Shown here: piece by piece, positions 62,527 through 64,000 of the stretch | How the letters are laid out: each line of letters starts with the position of its first letter | How positions within the stretch are numbered: position 1 is the stretch's first letter | Source: the human T2T-CHM13v2.0 reference genome, Homo sapiens | DNA length: 64,000 nucleotides | Reading direction: 5' to 3' (one strand) | Assembly (NCBI RefSeq): GCF_009914755.1 | Contig: NC_060946.1 | Made by a program: the position numbers and the translations under genes | Notes under the pieces: model-generated | Database searches by the model: none | Seen by the model: only the letters and a program-made list of their open reading frames with translations | Told to the model about the DNA's origin: nothing

Positions 62527-62568
<42 letters not shown>
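62203..62568 (+). mobile_element. AluS with an internal duplication and an (AAT)14 tail
   Basis: accaatatggtgaaaac...aaaaattagccagg occurs twice; AAT repeat 62527-62568. Confidence 0.9.
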
Positions 62569-64000
62569 TTATAGAGTAGACAGAATCTTTCTGGCCACAA
62601 TGGTGAGGACTTATGACAGTGATCTCAGCAGCAACAATGCAGGGACTTGGATCTGGGGACCCACAGGGCCCCATCCACCTGCAGACTCTATTTCTGCCAT
62701 TCTCCCTCATTGATCCGGGGTAGGCAGCCACCCTCTGCCATGGCACAGGGAAGGAGATGGCTGGTGGGAATAAATAATTGGCACTTCCAATTTCCAGTAT
62801 GAGGTTACCAGCCAACATCTAAGTGCAGCCTCTGTTTAAATGATGAACAACAGCATGCATGCTCAGGCAGGCAACCTGAAGTTTGTGACACAGACCTTCA
62901 CTCCCACCTCCTCAGGGACAAACCTTCACAACCATTTTGCTATACTAATTGGGGTTACACACAAGATGTAGGGGAAGAGGAGGGCAAGAACATTGTATAT
63001 CCATGACCAAAAGGACAGGAAGAATTAAAAAGCATTGTAATTAAAATTAATGTCCTTCTCACTAAACTCTGAGGCCAGCTACTACCTTGAAACACACGGC
63101 CATCAATTACTCAGCAAACCTAGTCTACCCAGCAAGCCAGAATTACTCCAGAATTACACCTGGTAAGCCTCTACTACATGCAGCAAGCCTGCGGTACATC
63201 CTGGAAGCCTGTTCACATCCAGCAAGCCTATCTCACACCTGCCAGGCCCACATGACACCCAGCAAGGGTCTGAGTCTGACACAGACAGACATGAATTCAA
63301 GTCCAAGTTCTTGAACAGCTTAACAGCTGAACAACACTGAGCCAGTATCACAGGTCCTAAGCTTTGGTCTCCTTGTTTGTGAAATGTGTATACTCTATAC
63401 CTACAGGCTTCCTGTGAGGAGCAGAAATAACATATGTAAAGCAAATTCCACATGCCTGAATATTGGAGGGGCTCAGTCCATGGTAGGTGCAGCTATCACA
63501 TCACCGTCATCGTTATTATTCCAGCAATGACACTCATCATCATTGTAATTACTATTGCTGTTATTGCCATTACAAAATTACTATTGTCCATTATACTTAG
63601 AGCTCTCTTGAGAAGTCAATTTCAAAGGCTTCCACAACACTGAAATTTAACATTCCCAAGCCTTTATCATCTGGGAGCCTTACATCCGGTCTAACCTAAA
63701 TCCTTTCTTTCTACTGCATAAGCCCATGATATTTCTAGCTCTGATTTCACCAGTAGTAGAAAAAAGCCATTTACCCTGATCTATAAACAATCTCTGCCAG
63801 TGATGATAATTTATATTTACATAATGCTTTATAGCTTATGAAGTGCAAACCCAGGTCCATAGTAGCCTGACTGTTGAAAATCACCCCACAGTTCTTGATC
63901 TTCAAAGATGGTCACAAGAAGACTTTCCCAAAGCTTAAACCGAACAAATCACTAGGAGGAAAACCAGTGCAAACTGGACTAACTGTGTTCACAGCAAATT

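Noticed and set aside
62180-62818. 212-aa ORF with poly-Tyr or poly-Ile
   Set aside because: Alu and (AAT)n translation artefact; the same applies to the many other Alu-derived ORFs in the track

Overview
Primate, very probably human, genomic DNA rich in Alu, L1 and MaLR repeats. It lies inside a large minus-strand gene that I recognise as EFCAB6 (EF-hand calcium-binding domain 6, DJBP). Six internal coding exons can be read directly, all with GT-AG boundaries and matching phases: 35464-35578, 32462-32595, 26804-27036, 16159-16255, 8807-8925 and 395-589 (893 nt, three EF-hand-type loops). I found no further exon between 35.6 and 64 kb, so that stretch appears to be one long intron. The rest is intronic: about 27 Alu copies or fragments, old and mid-age L1s, a complete THE1A (LTR-internal-LTR) element, solo MaLR/ERV LTRs, DNA-transposon fossils (MADE1, Tigger3a, a piggyBac Looper remnant), two minisatellites, a (GGAA)16 tract and a ~1 kb 3'-UTR-only retrocopy that I recognise as YWHAQ. 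I see no evidence for a wholly new biological system. The most interesting items are the antisense YWHAQ 3'-UTR retrocopy, the intact THE1A with DUX4 motifs, several fold-back or repair scars, and candidate recursive or cryptic splice sites. Gene and repeat names come from recall of consensus sequences, not from a database search.
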